A model generated the notes under the pieces. That model ran no database searches. It worked only from the letters and a program-made list of their open reading frames with translations, and was not told the origin of the DNA. A stretch of DNA of 60,400 nt from Hydrolagus affinis (taxonomy: Eukaryota), in contig JAAILG010001904.1 of assembly GCA_012026655.1 (NCBI GenBank), forward strand, positions 1 through 60,400. The letters run 5' to 3'. Shown here piece after piece: positions 11,101-24,930 of the stretch (positions are counted from its first letter, which is position 1; the number at the start of each line of letters is the position of its first letter). The translations under genes were made by a program, and so were the position numbers.

Positions 11101-12782
11101 AGTCGTTCTGAGTCAAAAAGGTGTGAGGTCAAACCGCATGTTGGGACTTGGAATTCATCTAATCTAATGAAATGCTGGGGGTTTGCTGCAATGTTGGGGG
11201 TGCTATCTTCAAATGAGATATCATACTGATTATTATTTGTATTATTAAATAGCCTATTGGCACCATAAGGTTGCCATGTGGCAACTTGGTGAAAGCACCA
11301 AATAAAAGTCGAATGATAGGCAAAAAATATGGTCAAGAAAGGTGACAAAATCTGAGATTTGCATTCCTATAAACCTACAGTATAGGAGACCATTCAGACC
11401 ATTAAATCTGAAGCAGCTCTGAGACATTCACACAATCACAGTGTCCCATCCTTTCCTAATACCACTTCAAGCCTCTTTCTTTCATATGGTTAAATGAGAG
11501 TACGTGAAGTGCTAATAAAAGGTCTATTTTTAGTCTCCAATGCCAGAGCACTACATTCAATCCTGAGAATCAGGGAAACATTCACTTTGATGTTGCCTGA
11601 AGTGCCCATTTACTTTCATCAAATTTCACAAAATCGATCACATCGGTCTTCGTTTTGCGTGAACTTAGGTACATCTGAAAACCCGTTCGAAGATGTAAAT
11701 GAGCCTCTATTTCTGTTCAGTTTTTTTTCTTATGCCATTTCCCAGCAATCACCCAGCAATCAACAAAGAAAAATACACGTTAAGTGTCCACTGAGGTGTA
11801 ATTTCCTCACAGTTCAGTCGATACCAACTGTGATTTTGGTCTTGCGATCTGCCATGGAGCCCCTGATCACTGGCTCAGGCAGATGTATTGCTACAGTTGG
11901 AGTTAATGACTTGGTTTGAAAGTAGGGTCCTATTACCATTTGTTACACCTTCCCCCATTGCTTGCTCATATTTCCAATGCTTTGCCCAAATGCTCTGGCA
12001 ATTATTGTATTACTTACTGTATTTCCTCATGTTATATTCTATTTTCTGCTTGCCATATCCATCATAAAATGTACTGCAATTATATTTCTCCTCATTAATT
12101 CTCATATTACCTTTATCCTTTTTTTAAACGCTTTGCTGTAAATTGGTCCTGAACTGGCAAGTGCAATTGACTCTCATTACCACTGCAGATTTCTAGTCAT
12201 TAATCGCAGAGATTTTAACTGGGGCGTTGTTAACAGTCAGCACAGCCCACAGGGACTCCATGGTAAAAAGGGTAAACTCGAATAAACTCAGGATTGAGTA
12301 TTTCTGCCCTACCTTACAGCCTCCGAATGAAAAGTGGACTGTGCAGGCTACAAAGGAGAATCCTTGATTATTCAAGGATATTCAAGGACTTGATTATTCA
12401 AGTCCATATTATTTTACCATTAGTTGTTTAAAAATAATAATCTATTGATGAGCACGGGTCCACTCTGATCACATCAAGTTACGATATTATTTGTATGTAT
12501 ATTACATTTTGTTTCTTCAGGATGGGACTCTCTGTTTATGGGATTGAATGACCAATTTTCATAAGTTTTTAAATACTGTTTACCTCCCACAGCAATTGAA
12601 AACCGATTCTCATTTGGGATTTCCATTAGTGGGCCAATTGATTTCAGTAAACCATGCAACACACTTTATAGTCAATCCTGTGAATCACTTTTAAGATGTC
12701 CTTCCGAATTAAAAAAACACTCCATCAAATCCAAGGACTATTAGTAGCAGAACACATTTTAATGATGTTCCTTAATGAATTA

Positions 12783-13189
12783 GCCTTCAAAGGCCTCCAA
12801 AAGCCTTGATGCTCACTATACTGGTGACCTGCTAACTCCATATTGACCTGTCCATTCAGCAGGCTCCAACCCCATCCCACCATTGCACAGTCCATTCACC
12901 TTGCCTTGGCTTCCTCAAGGCCCATCTTTTGCTGTACAAAATGTAAATTTGTTGTGAATGGAATATGTTTGGAACTCCATTCCACAATCCCTTTGTCTTG
13001 CTTCCTCCCTGGCATCCTTCAAGTCCGTTCTCAAGACCCTCTTCTTCGACCAAGCCTCCAGTTATCGTCCTACCTCTCTGCCTTTCCTCATCCCAACCCT
13101 GCTCCACCCACCCCACGCTCGGTTGCTGACCCGACTATTTAGTGCCTTGGGACGTCCCCCTGACGTGAAATTGAATTTTTTTGTTGTTT
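12783..13189 (+). mobile_element. L2 LINE 3' fragment
   Basis: Peptide WNSIPQSLCLASSLASFKSVLKTLFF is typical of the L2 ORF2 end, followed by the 3'UTR, GCCTTGGGACGTCCCCCTGACGTGAAA and a TTG tail. Confidence 0.88.
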
Positions 13190-15254
13190 GAGTACTGTAA
13201 TTATTGTACGAGTTAAAATGCTAAAGTAAGTTAATGTGTCTACTAAACACTAAATTCTATATACAGTATTTCCAACAAATTGCAAGAAGATTCCCCCCTG
13301 CTCCATCAGAGAAAGAGCTTCTCAGTCCTGTGCACAATCTTCAATGATTCATATCTGGTGACATTTGTAGATCTTCAAATTGATGCGACTGGAGTAGCAT
13401 TCAACCGATACAGAGGAAGGCAATGATTAACAACCTGTACCATAACAACAGACGTTGCAAGGGATGCAAGTTGCCGCAGAATAGGGATCATTAACTTCAA
13501 CCAAACACTTTTATATGCACATTGAAAACAGAAATAATCCTCAACACTGGAATGTAAATGGATTAATAGACAACTTTACACTACATCACACAAAACAAAA
13601 ATCTGTGTTTGTATTGATTGTTGTAAATTAGTCATTTTTTGCAAGAATTCCTAAAAACATTGCTAAATGGAATTTCAGTAATGTAAGAATGAACAATCAT
13701 GTGCCTCGCTCTCTTGCAATTGTTCCAATCAGAGGGATAAAGTATAATTACTATGACACGGTCAAACAACTGAAGCTTAACATGGCAGGAATGGATGGAT
13801 CAGCAAGTTTTATGCTGTAACAAGAGCAGAGAGATAAAGCACAGGCACACAGAGCAGCGCTTTAATCAGCTCCCAGTCCACTATACCAACGTGAAACATG
13901 CTGAAATGTTATTTTATAAAGGGTTTAAGTACAGCATTCATGTGTTAAATGGTGAAATGGAATGCCACAGCATTGTTTTACTTTGCTTTCATCCCAAACT
14001 GCCAGCTCATCTGACCCAGAAATCACATCGGGTGCCAGTGTTGGTGGCTTCTGGCTGTAAAACATGCTCTCTGTAAACTGGTTGAAATGTCAATACTTTT
14101 ATCTGCTGCACAACCCGACTGTCATCCCTACAGACGTGTAGTTCCACAAGAGAATTACATCCCAAGCCACAAAAAAAATCTTTCAAATCACAGATCTGCT
14201 AGATATATTCATCCTACTCATGCCAGTATAACTAATATCAGCCTAAAGAAATGGTAGGACAAGATTATATATTAGTTTTACAATAGTTCTGCTGTTTTAA
14301 AATACTTGCCATTCTCTTATTGCCAGTTTCCTCTGACAGGATATTCTGGGCACTGACAAGTAAATTATTTCGGAACAATTCCAGCTGTTGTATCTCAAGT
14401 TCTTTCACGTCTCAAAGAAAGAATATGCAGAATGTCACAGAAACAAAGGTCTGATGAAATCTCTGAAGGTCAACAACTAATTTTCTGAAACATTTTACGC
14501 TGCAATTAACCAGAAAGGGGAAATCACACAAAATAGTGGATAGATTTGAACAGCTGGATGCAAATGCTGTGGATACCAATGCTGAATATAAATCACCATT
14601 ACATAAATGCAGCTGCCCTGGTTTCAAACTCAAAAAGGTGGGCTGGATAGGGCAGGTCTGGTGCTAACTTTTTTTTCACCAATTTCTGTAAATGAAGCAG
14701 GCAAATTGTTTCAAAATAACCATTTGTAGGAAATAGCGTTTCCCCCATTATGCCAACCCACCAATGCTAAAACTAATCGCCAATTTATACCCAGAGCTAC
14801 TGGCAGTCGGGAAAAACAAAGAAAGATTTTTGCGGGCATCAGGGAAATAACCTGATAAGAGGAACATTCACTCATTCGAACATTTGGGTATTTATTTGGA
14901 TTTTTCTCTGCATTTCATTTTTGAGGTCTGAGAAACCCATCTTGCTCAAGAATATCCTGACAGACAGAGTTCCTAATATGTATGTCACTTAGACATGGAA
15001 ATTTCCCTAGGTCTGGAACTGAATATCCACACTCCCTTGAGGGTCGCACACTGCTTACCTAATTCTGTAGAATAGTAAATTCAGGTTGGCAAGAGGCCAG
15101 AGAATATATTAGGGATTAGCACAAGAATTTAACCAGCTGTCTGGCAAATTTCCACTGTGTGTTCAGCTAGGACCACCGTGTTTGTTGGGGGTTTGGTTTG
15201 CAGGGTTAACAGGAGATGAGGAATAATCCTTGCTCCCACTGATTGGTCACAAAT

Positions 15255-15350
15255 TCACAAGATTGGTCTGGATGAAGGAGGCTCTTCAGCCCATCTGATC
15301 CCATTAGTTCGACACATCCAACCTACCACCAGCTCAATATTTATCCCACC
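15255..15350 (-). mobile_element. CR1-type 3' end fragment
   Basis: CACAAGATTGGTCTGGATGAAGGAGGCTCTTCAGCCCATC, also present at about 48014; CR1-like terminus. Confidence 0.55.
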
Positions 15351-15477
15351 AAGACCTGTTGATGAGCTAAATTGGCTGGTCTATCATCAGCAGTGTCCTG
15401 GAGCAATACAAACTCAAGTGGCTCAGGAACCAGATCATCAAGACCTCCACAGGAATTGGACTTGATTCGCACATTGC

Positions 15478-15764
15478 TAATAATAATCCTGCCATTTGAT
15501 ACAGTGCGTTTCACGTCTTCTAGACATTTCAAAGCACTTCACAGAATGTACAGTGAATTGTGGGCAAAACGTGGCAGGCAATTGTGCACAGCAGTGTGCA
15601 ACAAACAGTTGAGCATTGAAGTGACCAATTTTTTTCTCCCCAAAGGATTATTATCAGGCGCGTGGAACAAGGAAACTTGCCCAAGGTTTCGCCCTGTCTG
15701 GAATCGAACCCAGGTCTCTTGCTTACAAGGCAAGTGCTCTAACCACTGAGCTACAGAACTCCAC
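15478..15764 (-). mobile_element. Full-length tRNA-headed Deu-type SINE
   Basis: Head GTGGAGTTCTGTAGCTCAGTGGTTAGAGCACTTGCCTTGTAAGCAAGAGACCTGGGTTCGATTCC with A and B boxes and an anticodon-like arm carrying TGT; L2-like tail ending in (TTA)n. Confidence 0.95.
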
Positions 15765-16345
15765 AAATGATGATCACCAATCTCAGCAATCAGCTCAACT
15801 GAACATAGAAATAAAATTGCCTAAACTCAGTTATACTGCAAACGCTTCTTCAGTTATGAGCTGTCTCCGGCCCATCAGACAAAGCTGTGAAAATAGAACA
15901 AGGAGGAGCACTTCACCCCCACACCCAAGTGACTCCACCCTCTAAAGATGTGCATGTCCTACAGCACTTTGTGCTTACTGTTTTACCCTTCTGGTAACTC
16001 TTCTGAGAAGCAGTTAATGTCTCAAATTCCTTTTGCAGGGTTATTTGATTAATTTGCTTCATTATCTTCTTTAACTGTAGAACATGTGCTTTATATATTT
16101 TTTTAAAAAGTGACAATGTTATAAACTTTATTCAATTCGCCAAAAGGAATATAAAAAGGACTCCCTTCAATCTCAAAGCCTGATTTATTCTGAACAAAAG
16201 GTGAAAATGAGCTAGAATGGTAATGGAATGAACTGGCTAAGGCTTCATTTCTGCTCATTCTCCAATGGCCATCTCCAAGCAGGACACCAAGGTGGACAAA
16301 GTGACTCAGATCCACCATCTACTGACAGAGGAGAGCATGGAAATC

Positions 16346-16712
16346 AACAGCAGCAACAACATTTGTATAGCATCTTTCATGTTGAAAGGACGTTCCAATG
16401 TTTCAGTCTGGAAGTCAATGTTTCAGACCTGAGCTGGGGTCAGGATCGGGGAGGGTGGAGGGATTTGGCGTGACCGATGGGACCATTGAAGAGGAGGGTC
16501 TTCAAGGAAGCTAGGGAGAGGGTGAAGTGGAGGGAGAGTGGGGTGGAATTCTGGAGGTTAGAGGCAGAGTGGCTGAAGGCTCGCCCACTAATGGTGGGCT
16601 GGTGGGTCGGGGGACATGGAGCAGGCTGGAGCCCGCAGAGCGGGGCAAGTGGGAAGGTGGGTAGGGGGTTAGGAGGTCGCAGAGGTAGTGTGGGGCAAAG
16701 CCACAGGTACAG
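16346..16712 (-). mobile_element. L2 LINE 3' fragment
   Basis: Peptide DLLTPYPPSHLPRSAGSSLLHVPR matches the L2 ORF2 end; the 3'UTR is similar to 42889-43084. Confidence 0.88.
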
Positions 16713-17261
16713 TCACAGAGAACATAGCTTGGGCATTGTAGGTCAATACCAGACACACTGTGAGCACACTTCAAACAACACAAATTGTGTTAAATCATCA
16801 TCATTCTCTTCTCTGTTATATTCACAAGGGAACATCAATTTCAGGTAATGCATTCAGGTAGCAAGGAATAAAAATAGTCACACAGAAAGGATTTTCTCTT
16901 GAAGGGTGTTAGATTGTGGTGTGGGGTCATTGAAGTAGATTGTATGAAGTCTGTTAAAGAGGGATTTAGACATTTGTAGGTCGAGAAGCTTCGAGGGTGA
17001 GATGCAGATTAATAGATTAAAAAAGGGAAAGGCTTTATGAGCCAAATATAGAAAAACGCCCATTGCTAAATGTGCTGCTTCAGGTTCATAAATCGAATAA
17101 TCACATAATGGGAAAGGAATCCAAAACAGCTACCATAACATCATTAAAAAAATGGTTAACTTTTGGGTTGTCAGGTTGGGCTATGATGAGCAAGCGCTCC
17201 CTGCATATGAGCACATGGTCACCTGGCACTCCCTCCTCATCAAGAAACCCAGACACTGCAG

Positions 17262-17322
17262 AGCACTGTGACATTATCCAATGTGAAGGACACTGTATAA
17301 ATGCAAGTTGTTGTTGTTGTTG
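17262..17322 (+). mobile_element. L2/SINE 3' tail
   Basis: AGCACTGTGACA...GTGAAGGACACTGTATAAATGCAAG followed by (TTG)n. Confidence 0.6.
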
Positions 17323-18535
17323 ATGTGACAGATGCAATGCTGCAATCTCCCATGATGAGATTTATTATGAGTTAAATTGCCAAATTAATCAAATTTTAAA
17401 AAAAATTATTTCAATACTGTGAGTCCATGTCTAATGGGAACCAAACTAACACTGAATGGATTCATTACAAGATCATTATTAAGCACGAAAGAAGACACCC
17501 ACCCTCTGCCTGAGTCAAGTTCAAACTGAGGTCCCAGAGGTTATTCCAATATACTGCATCACCAGCTCCCCTACAGACACTGCATACAGACAGAGTTATA
17601 TTTTAGTGGTTCCATTATTTTAAATAATCATACAATTCACTGACAGCCTGGAAACTAGACTTCAGTGTTACAGAAAAAATAATGAAACAAGAGTCCTTAA
17701 ATGAAAGATTTGACTGAGGGGCAGATTCCCACTCTCACCAATGAAGATTTCAAAGCATCAAGTTTGAATTTCATAGATCCTTTATCAGAATTAGCTTCAG
17801 GTGGTAAAGGCTTTGGTTCAAGCTGTCTATGCAAGATTTCGATTACAATCAATGAACATTACAACTTACAGTACGAGCTCTGTAACTCCTGCATTCGTAG
17901 TAGACACAGTAGCAATGCGTTCCACCCTTTCTCAAAGGATCATTCTCTTGGTTCCACAATCGTTTTTCCTCTGTACCCTGTTTCATGATCACAACAGAGA
18001 GAATATGAAGCTGGAATTCTGATTGCTCAAATTAGTATCTGCATTTTGAGGTTACAAGGTCAGGGTAATAGAGTGCCGTACACAGTAGCACAAACATTCA
18101 TTACACTGTATGTTATTATGTGCAGATTACTTCATCATGTCATTGCAATTCATCTACAAGATGCTCGAAACATTCCAATGGTCTTATTGATAATTTTACT
18201 TCATGACTCTTCCCTATTCACTAATGTTCCATGTCTACCAGAGACATTACACATGTCTGTCTGTCCTGTTTATATGGGGGAATGAATTTGAGATTGTTCT
18301 TTTTAACTAAAGATTAATTGAATTACTCAAAAGTATACACTGTACCGCAGCTCCGACAGGATGTCTGTCGGAGTGCTACATTTAGACAGAAGCTCAAAAT
18401 TTAATTGAATCATTCAGACAAAAAACAAGGTTTGCCATAATACAATAAAGTCTTCCAACCAACTTACTCCTTGGGAGAGCGCTAACAGACAACACACTCA
18501 CTTACACATATGCATACAATGAATACTCTAGACTA

Positions 18536-18668
18536 CAACAACAACAACATCGATTTATATAGCGCCCTCCATGCTGGACGACGTCTCAGAACGCTTCACA
18601 GTAGCGGATCCCGGGACAGAGCCAGGGGTAGAAAGGTGACCAAAGGCGCGGTCGAAGAGAAAGGTCTT
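18536..18668 (-). mobile_element. L2 3' end of a different subfamily
   Basis: (CAA)n then ATTTATATAGCGCC...GACGTCTCAGAACGCTTCACAG...GGTCGAAGAGAAAGGTCTT; CpGs retained. Confidence 0.75.
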
Positions 18669-20746
18669 ATGAGACTAAGTGACTGATGCTTTTTTGTTTT
18701 ATTAGCTTTACTGCAACTTCACCTCATAGCAAGAGTCTTTCCACCATGACAATTGTACAGCGCTTTCATGTGAATTCCAAGCCTGCATTTAGCCTTGAAT
18801 GGGATTTCATTCTGGGATTGAATCGGTTCCAGATTTTTGCTGAAATAAAATCATAATAATTCACATTCTGTCAAACAACACTGGAGAATTATAATGAGTT
18901 GCTTAAATATAGTTGTTTATATTATACACAATGGGTTCAGTGAACAAACTGGTATCTTGCAGTTAAAAAAAGCACAATAACCAATCTTCCAATTATGCAA
19001 TTGTGCACATTTTAAGTGAAATAAAGCAAAAGCTTCAATTAGGCAACTTTAGATAGTCTACTTCAACATCATTTTATCAGCAGATTGCAAAATAGATTAC
19101 ATTTATTTTAATTCTCATTTTCGTGTTCAGATTTCACAAAGGGCATTTTATAAAAAAAAATTAATACACTAGTGCTTTAATGTTTGAAAAATTTACACTT
19201 TCTCAATTTTGTGAAATACAATAATTTGCCAGACAGTAAATGAGGCTAGACGACAACTAAAACGACTTCCCTCTTCCTTGATGATATGAATTTGCTATAC
19301 TTTAAACCAGCACACACAGTTTCCTGCCTATTGTACAGAAATGGAGATTAAGGTCTGTTCACACAGACGACGTAAAGGCAGCCAACCAACTTTACAATTT
19401 CTGACGTTTGTTCAAAACCATGGTTGTACATATTCATTACAACCTCAGTGACCCAAGCTTGAAAGAAAGATCTGAGTGGATATTGTTACACTTCATGAAT
19501 GTGCAGCTCAAATTGGAGGAATGTTTAAGATCTAGGCAACAATGTTTAATTGGATTGTTTGAGTTCATCATCCTCTTCATTCCACTTTGTTAATCCAAAT
19601 GGTTTTACAATACAGTACAGTATATATTTTTAAATATTCCTAATATGAGGTTTACAAACAGAGCACGCAACAGGAAACAGTGAAGTACAGTACCTAGTTT
19701 ATTCCACTTGTGAGAAAGACCATCATTACCTAATGACACTCCCTGGCTCCTGCTGAAAATGAACTGGGTATTCCACATTCCCTACTTTGTCAGCCATTGA
19801 AAGTTCAGAATATAACATGCTAAAGTGATGTCTTTATGTCTTTTCCTAAACAGATTTAGCTACCAATAGATAAATAAAACAGAATGTCCGCGCTATATTA
19901 TTTTCCTCTAAATAGTCTTTCATCTCCATCAGCCATCGTCTTCCTGCTGAGAAAGTGAGACAAGTTGTCCATCTCGTTCCACGATTAGCCAACAAGAGGT
20001 GCAGATTAAGCCAAAGAGAACATTACCCTCTCGCCCAACCCCACCACACACCAAAAAAAATATAGCCAAACACAGAATGTCTTGGGTCTGCATGTACTGC
20101 ACCTCATGACACAGATGGCAATTTTTGAAACCAATCCATGTAATCAAATTCTATACACAATTCCAGTTGGGGACACTGGTTTATTCAGCGCTGCAATTTA
20201 AAGATGGAAACTTCAACCATAATACATTTTAAAAATGAGCAAATTTGCATTTTATACATCCACACTTAAACATAAATTTAGATTGTAATGATGCACATCA
20301 GTTAGAGCCAGTTTCAAGCAACTAACTTTGCAGCACATCAATTTCTTGTATAATGGAAGTGTCAAAAACTCACATTGTAGCTGACCTCTTCTGGAGGTTC
20401 AGTTTCCACTTAAATATTGCATAGTGCTCAACTTGCTGACAAAAGCTCCATAATTAATCAATGTCAAACTCTCCCTGTCTGATCCCCCTCTCCCCATTCC
20501 CTTCAACCTGCTACCACCCACCACCATCACTCAAAAAAAATGTAGAATCTAGGGTTTTTCTCCCTCTTGCATACAAAACTAACAGTGAACAGATTCTTCT
20601 GTTTCAACTTGGGTGAGTTCAAATTGGATCGCAGGTTAAGCCAAATGCTCAAATCTCTGTGGTACCTCCAGAATTTTACATTATAAAAAGAATCACCACA
20701 ATGAAGCGAACAGACTTGAAATTAAGGGCCACTCAACCCTTCTACA

Positions 20747-20886
20747 CCTTGGGACATCCTCCCGACGTGAAAAGCGCTCTAGAAATGTAATTTTGTTATT
20801 GTTGTTCTGGCAATGTTGCTGGTTAGAACTATTAGGTACACAACAATAAAATTACATTTCTAGAGCGCCTTTCACATTGGGAGGAT
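20747..20886. mobile_element. Two L2 3' tails inserted tail-to-tail
   Basis: 20747-20805 (+) and about 20841-20886 (-) are reverse complements over about 45 bp. Confidence 0.85.
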
Positions 20887-22729
20887 ATAACATTACAACC
20901 TGGACATCCCTTCCAGCAGTCCTTTGACAGGCGATCCTGCTCTTAGCATACAGTAATTACCCACAGGATTACATTTTTCCCATTTTACTAAGTACAGCTG
21001 CAATGGATCACTATAAATTTAACAATTGAACAATTACTAGGTTAGTGCTGACAAGCAAAGCTAATTGCATGCAAATACCCTAATGCCTCTATACATGTTA
21101 ATCTCCAGTAAATGAAGTTTAAATACCACAAATACATACCACCTTATTGTGTTTAACAATGAGAGCTCATCTCATACTACAGTACTTTGTAAAAATGATA
21201 CCCTCAATTTTCTATCTTTCCCAATAGGCTGCTCGCAGTGTAAAAAGCACCAATTGTCAGGAAGGCAAAATTCGATAGTGAAAGAAACATAAACAGTAGT
21301 TAGGCCACTTTTAAAGTCTCTACTGTTAAAGTAGAGCTCAAGTCAGATAATATTCGCCAGCTGATTAAAGACTTCATAAGGCATTGCAGGAACTTCTGCA
21401 GATGCACCATGTGCCGTAATGGCCTTTGGCAAACTTGAAGACTAACATACATCGTTAATTTTTAATTAACAAGGAAATTCTGATATTAAAGAGTATCAAA
21501 TCAGTAAACGCACATTGATAACAGCACAATGCATACTCGATGAAGTACTTTACAGTATACGTAAAACATTAGATTTACACTATATTTATACTTCCAACAG
21601 TAAAACATCATGCAATAGGAAATATTTGTTACGCTTTCACCCTGCATTAAGAGCCGTTAAAAAAATTAGTGCTATTTTTACAACCAACTGTTTAATAATA
21701 CATATTCCCTCAACAGTCATTAGATCTATTGGAGCACTCAAGAGCTTTCCATGGACCATCAAGAAGCAGAGCCAATTCGATTTGCAATAACTGCTCCAGA
21801 AATCATCTCCTTCAGATCTTTCCAGCATAATTCATGCTGGCTCTATTCCGATTGATATTCCAAAGATTTGTAGCAATTTGCTTTGAAACATGAAGCAAAA
21901 TTGTAATACGAGTGGTGAATTAAAATGGGAAATATTTGGGAACACAGCTCAAGAGACAATATTAGTGCAACAGAGCATAAAAATCAACTATTAACCACAA
22001 AAAAAATTCCTTTTGAAATGCAACCTCTTTTTTGTTTCTCGATGAAACTGGGCAACAAAATGTGCTAACCTGATTCAAATACTGAATCTCTCAATCTGCA
22101 AGACAAAAAAAAACACCAATCAATGTGATGGATCCTATCATATTTGATATGTAACAATTTTCTGCCAGGACATTTTTTTTAATATAAAATGGACTGGGAA
22201 TAGATTTGTGATTGTAACACTGAAAATTGTTTTGAAAAAAGGCAATTTCCAGACAATTTCAAGAGGCCGGAAGGCAAATGTGGCTGTTTGTATCAACTCA
22301 TCCTACAGTTAGCTGGCAGGAGAGGAGCCCTGTTTTTTTTTTAACATGCACAGTACTGTATTCCAGACATGGAAAGGCCCATAAATAATTCTATAATAAC
22401 TTTGGTTTTCTTGCAAGTACTTCAACTGTAAGCGACTATCAGTCTTCCTAAGAAGAGCAATGCATACTATATTTTAGATACATCCTTTTATGTAATCCAT
22501 GAATTAAACATAATTATTCAAACAAGCCAATTGAGTAATGTTGTGTGTTTGATCAATGTGCTGTTCAGACCTCAACAGATTCCTGTAGACTCTTTTGCAG
22601 TTCATCAGCATTTTCACCACCCCTGCCCTCCCATTATCCATTCACTGTAGAGTTATGAAGTCAACCAGACACATGAATTATTAATTGAAAGGACATTTTC
22701 CATTAAACATGTTCTGAGAGGTCAATTTT

Positions 22730-22850
22730 GAGAACCAGGAGCATAAATACAATTAGATGTTATGGATAAGTTTACCTGCACCAGTGGTGGAACAATTAGT
22801 GGGAAAGAATGGCCTTTTCTCATCTCAAATTTGTCTTAGGCTCTTATGTA
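22730..22850 (+). mobile_element. Old CR1 3' end
   Basis: GAATGGCCTTTTCTCATC...TCTTAGGCTCTTATG terminus. Confidence 0.5.
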
Positions 22851-24452
22851 TTGAAGCAAATGCATTAAAATGCGCTCATTAAAAGAAAAAATAGCTTACC
22901 CAATTTTTCTTCCCTCATCTCTCATGATTACATTTCTGTTAGGCAATCTCAGACATGGAAAACATCTGCCATTACAACTAACACCAGAATAATGACCTGG
23001 TTTAAATTAGATACAACTAATGCATCCATGTTTCACTGATTTAACACCTGCTTACAGTCACTAACTAACACATTACTGTATGTTTTTCTAACTAAAAACT
23101 CAGAACAATTATATAGAAATGATCAGGACACTTCACAAAATGACAAATACAGGTTGCTAATTTATCACGGAACATATTACTGTAATTTCAATGGCATTCA
23201 GTGAATTACCATCACTCTGTACAAGAGTTGCTTTCCATAGCACTGTTTTCCAGTAAACCAGCTGCAAAAATCGGAGAAAGATTTTAGCTTGTGATTTGTG
23301 TCGTGTTTCCTAGGGAAACAAATGTGTACACAACCAAACACACTGATGGACCTCACACAGAGCCGAGCTTAGAAAAGATTTATGTTAAACTGAGATGTGT
23401 ATCAACCTTTGATTTTTACATGGCCTCATTGATTCCAACTAACTGTAACTTAGGTTAGATGTTTTTAATTAGTCTAGTTTTTTGTTAAATTCCATCTACC
23501 TAGAATTTTAATCAGTTTGGTTCACATTCAATGTATTCCATGTGTAGATGGATGCATTAGTATCCAATTTGTCATTGCAATACCTGGGGAGACTGCAATT
23601 TTCCATTTGTCTTCTTTACGAACTGTGAAAAGGGAAAGCGATCAGTTTTCACTATAAAGAGTATAAAAGAACATTGCACTCAACAGGAATACTAAAATAA
23701 AATTGCGCTCCTTGTTAATCTAATCCAAATCATTTTTACATTTGTTTCCCAAAGATTTATCATCAAGCTGTTGCTATCTGAGCCAAAACCAATTTTGTTC
23801 TAAGCTGTTGTCTATGAACACAAAGGGCTCGATTTTCTCTTTCATGATGCTGGCAGAGTCTGCAAAACTCAAAATGAGATGCCGCACAAAACAATCGTGT
23901 GGCAGCACGTGCCAAGCTACAAATTAATCTATATTCATTGTACAAGCATGTCCATCACCTAACGTGATTTTCTGTCTGTCTGTCCATGTCAGTCTGAGCT
24001 CCTTTTGCCAAAAGTAGCAATAGGGAAACTCCAAATTATTTGATACTGGGCCACTTATTATATAATATGCTAAATTTAAAGAATACTTCATTAATTGGGT
24101 CGACAACATGACAAATAGGGACTCCTACTAGGAACAAAAAGCCCCACACACTGCCCCACGTGAACACCTCAGTACTGTAGAAGTAAATTCAGTCAATTAA
24201 TAACAAGCAAGTATGAAATTGGGGTGGTGGGTGGGATGGGGCGTAGTTTACAACACAAACAGGATTGAGCTGCTGCATCGCTGTAGTTTTTAACAGATAT
24301 TTGTAAGATAACACTGTAGAAGATGTACAAGTAATTAATATCATGCAATTTCACCGAGTTAGCAATTCAGGCCCAATGCAATTTTTATTTGTGTTGAATT
24401 TGACATATCCACAGCAAACAGCAGCCATTAATCTCAGCAACTGCTTTCATTG

Positions 24453-24916
24453 GAACATAAGAAATAGGAACAGGAGTAGGCCATTCAGCCTCTCAAGCCT
24501 TACCCCACCAGTTAATAAGATTGTGGCTGATATTCTAACCTAATTCCGTTTACCCACCCTATCACCATATCCCTTAATTCCTCTATCCGTTAGAAATCTA
24601 TCAATCTCAGTCTTAAATATGTTCAAGGACTGAGCATCCATAGCCTTCTGGGGTAGAGAATTCCATAAATTCTTTACCCTCTTGAGTGAAGAAACTCTGA
24701 TCAAAAAGGCTGACCCGTAAGACTTGACCCCATGTTTTAGATTCTTCTACCAGGGGAATCAGTCTCAAACTGTCTACTGTGTCAAGCCTCTTAAGAATCT
24801 TATAGGTTTCTATAAGATCACCTCTAATTCTTCTATGTTCCAAAGAATATAGGCCCAGTTTGCTCAACCTATCCTCATAGGTCAATCCCCTCATCCCAGG
24901 AACCAATTTAGTAAAT
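24453..24916 (-). mobile_element. CR1 LINE 3' fragment
   Basis: Peptide FTKLVPGMRGLTYEDRLSKLGLYSLEHRRIRGDLIETYKIL is the CR1 ORF2 C-terminal motif; the 3' end reads GAATGGCCTACTCCTGTTCCTATTTCTTATGTTC. Confidence 0.95.
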
Positions 24917-24930
24917 ATACTCGCTAATAC

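Noticed and set aside
11494-11919. 141-aa ORF as a viral or transposase fragment
   Set aside because: No catalytic or structural motif could be recognised.
15690-15764. tRNA-like sequences here and at about 32.2, 51.6, 56.3 and 58.5 kb as tRNA genes
   Set aside because: They continue directly into SINE bodies and lack a proper acceptor stem and terminator.
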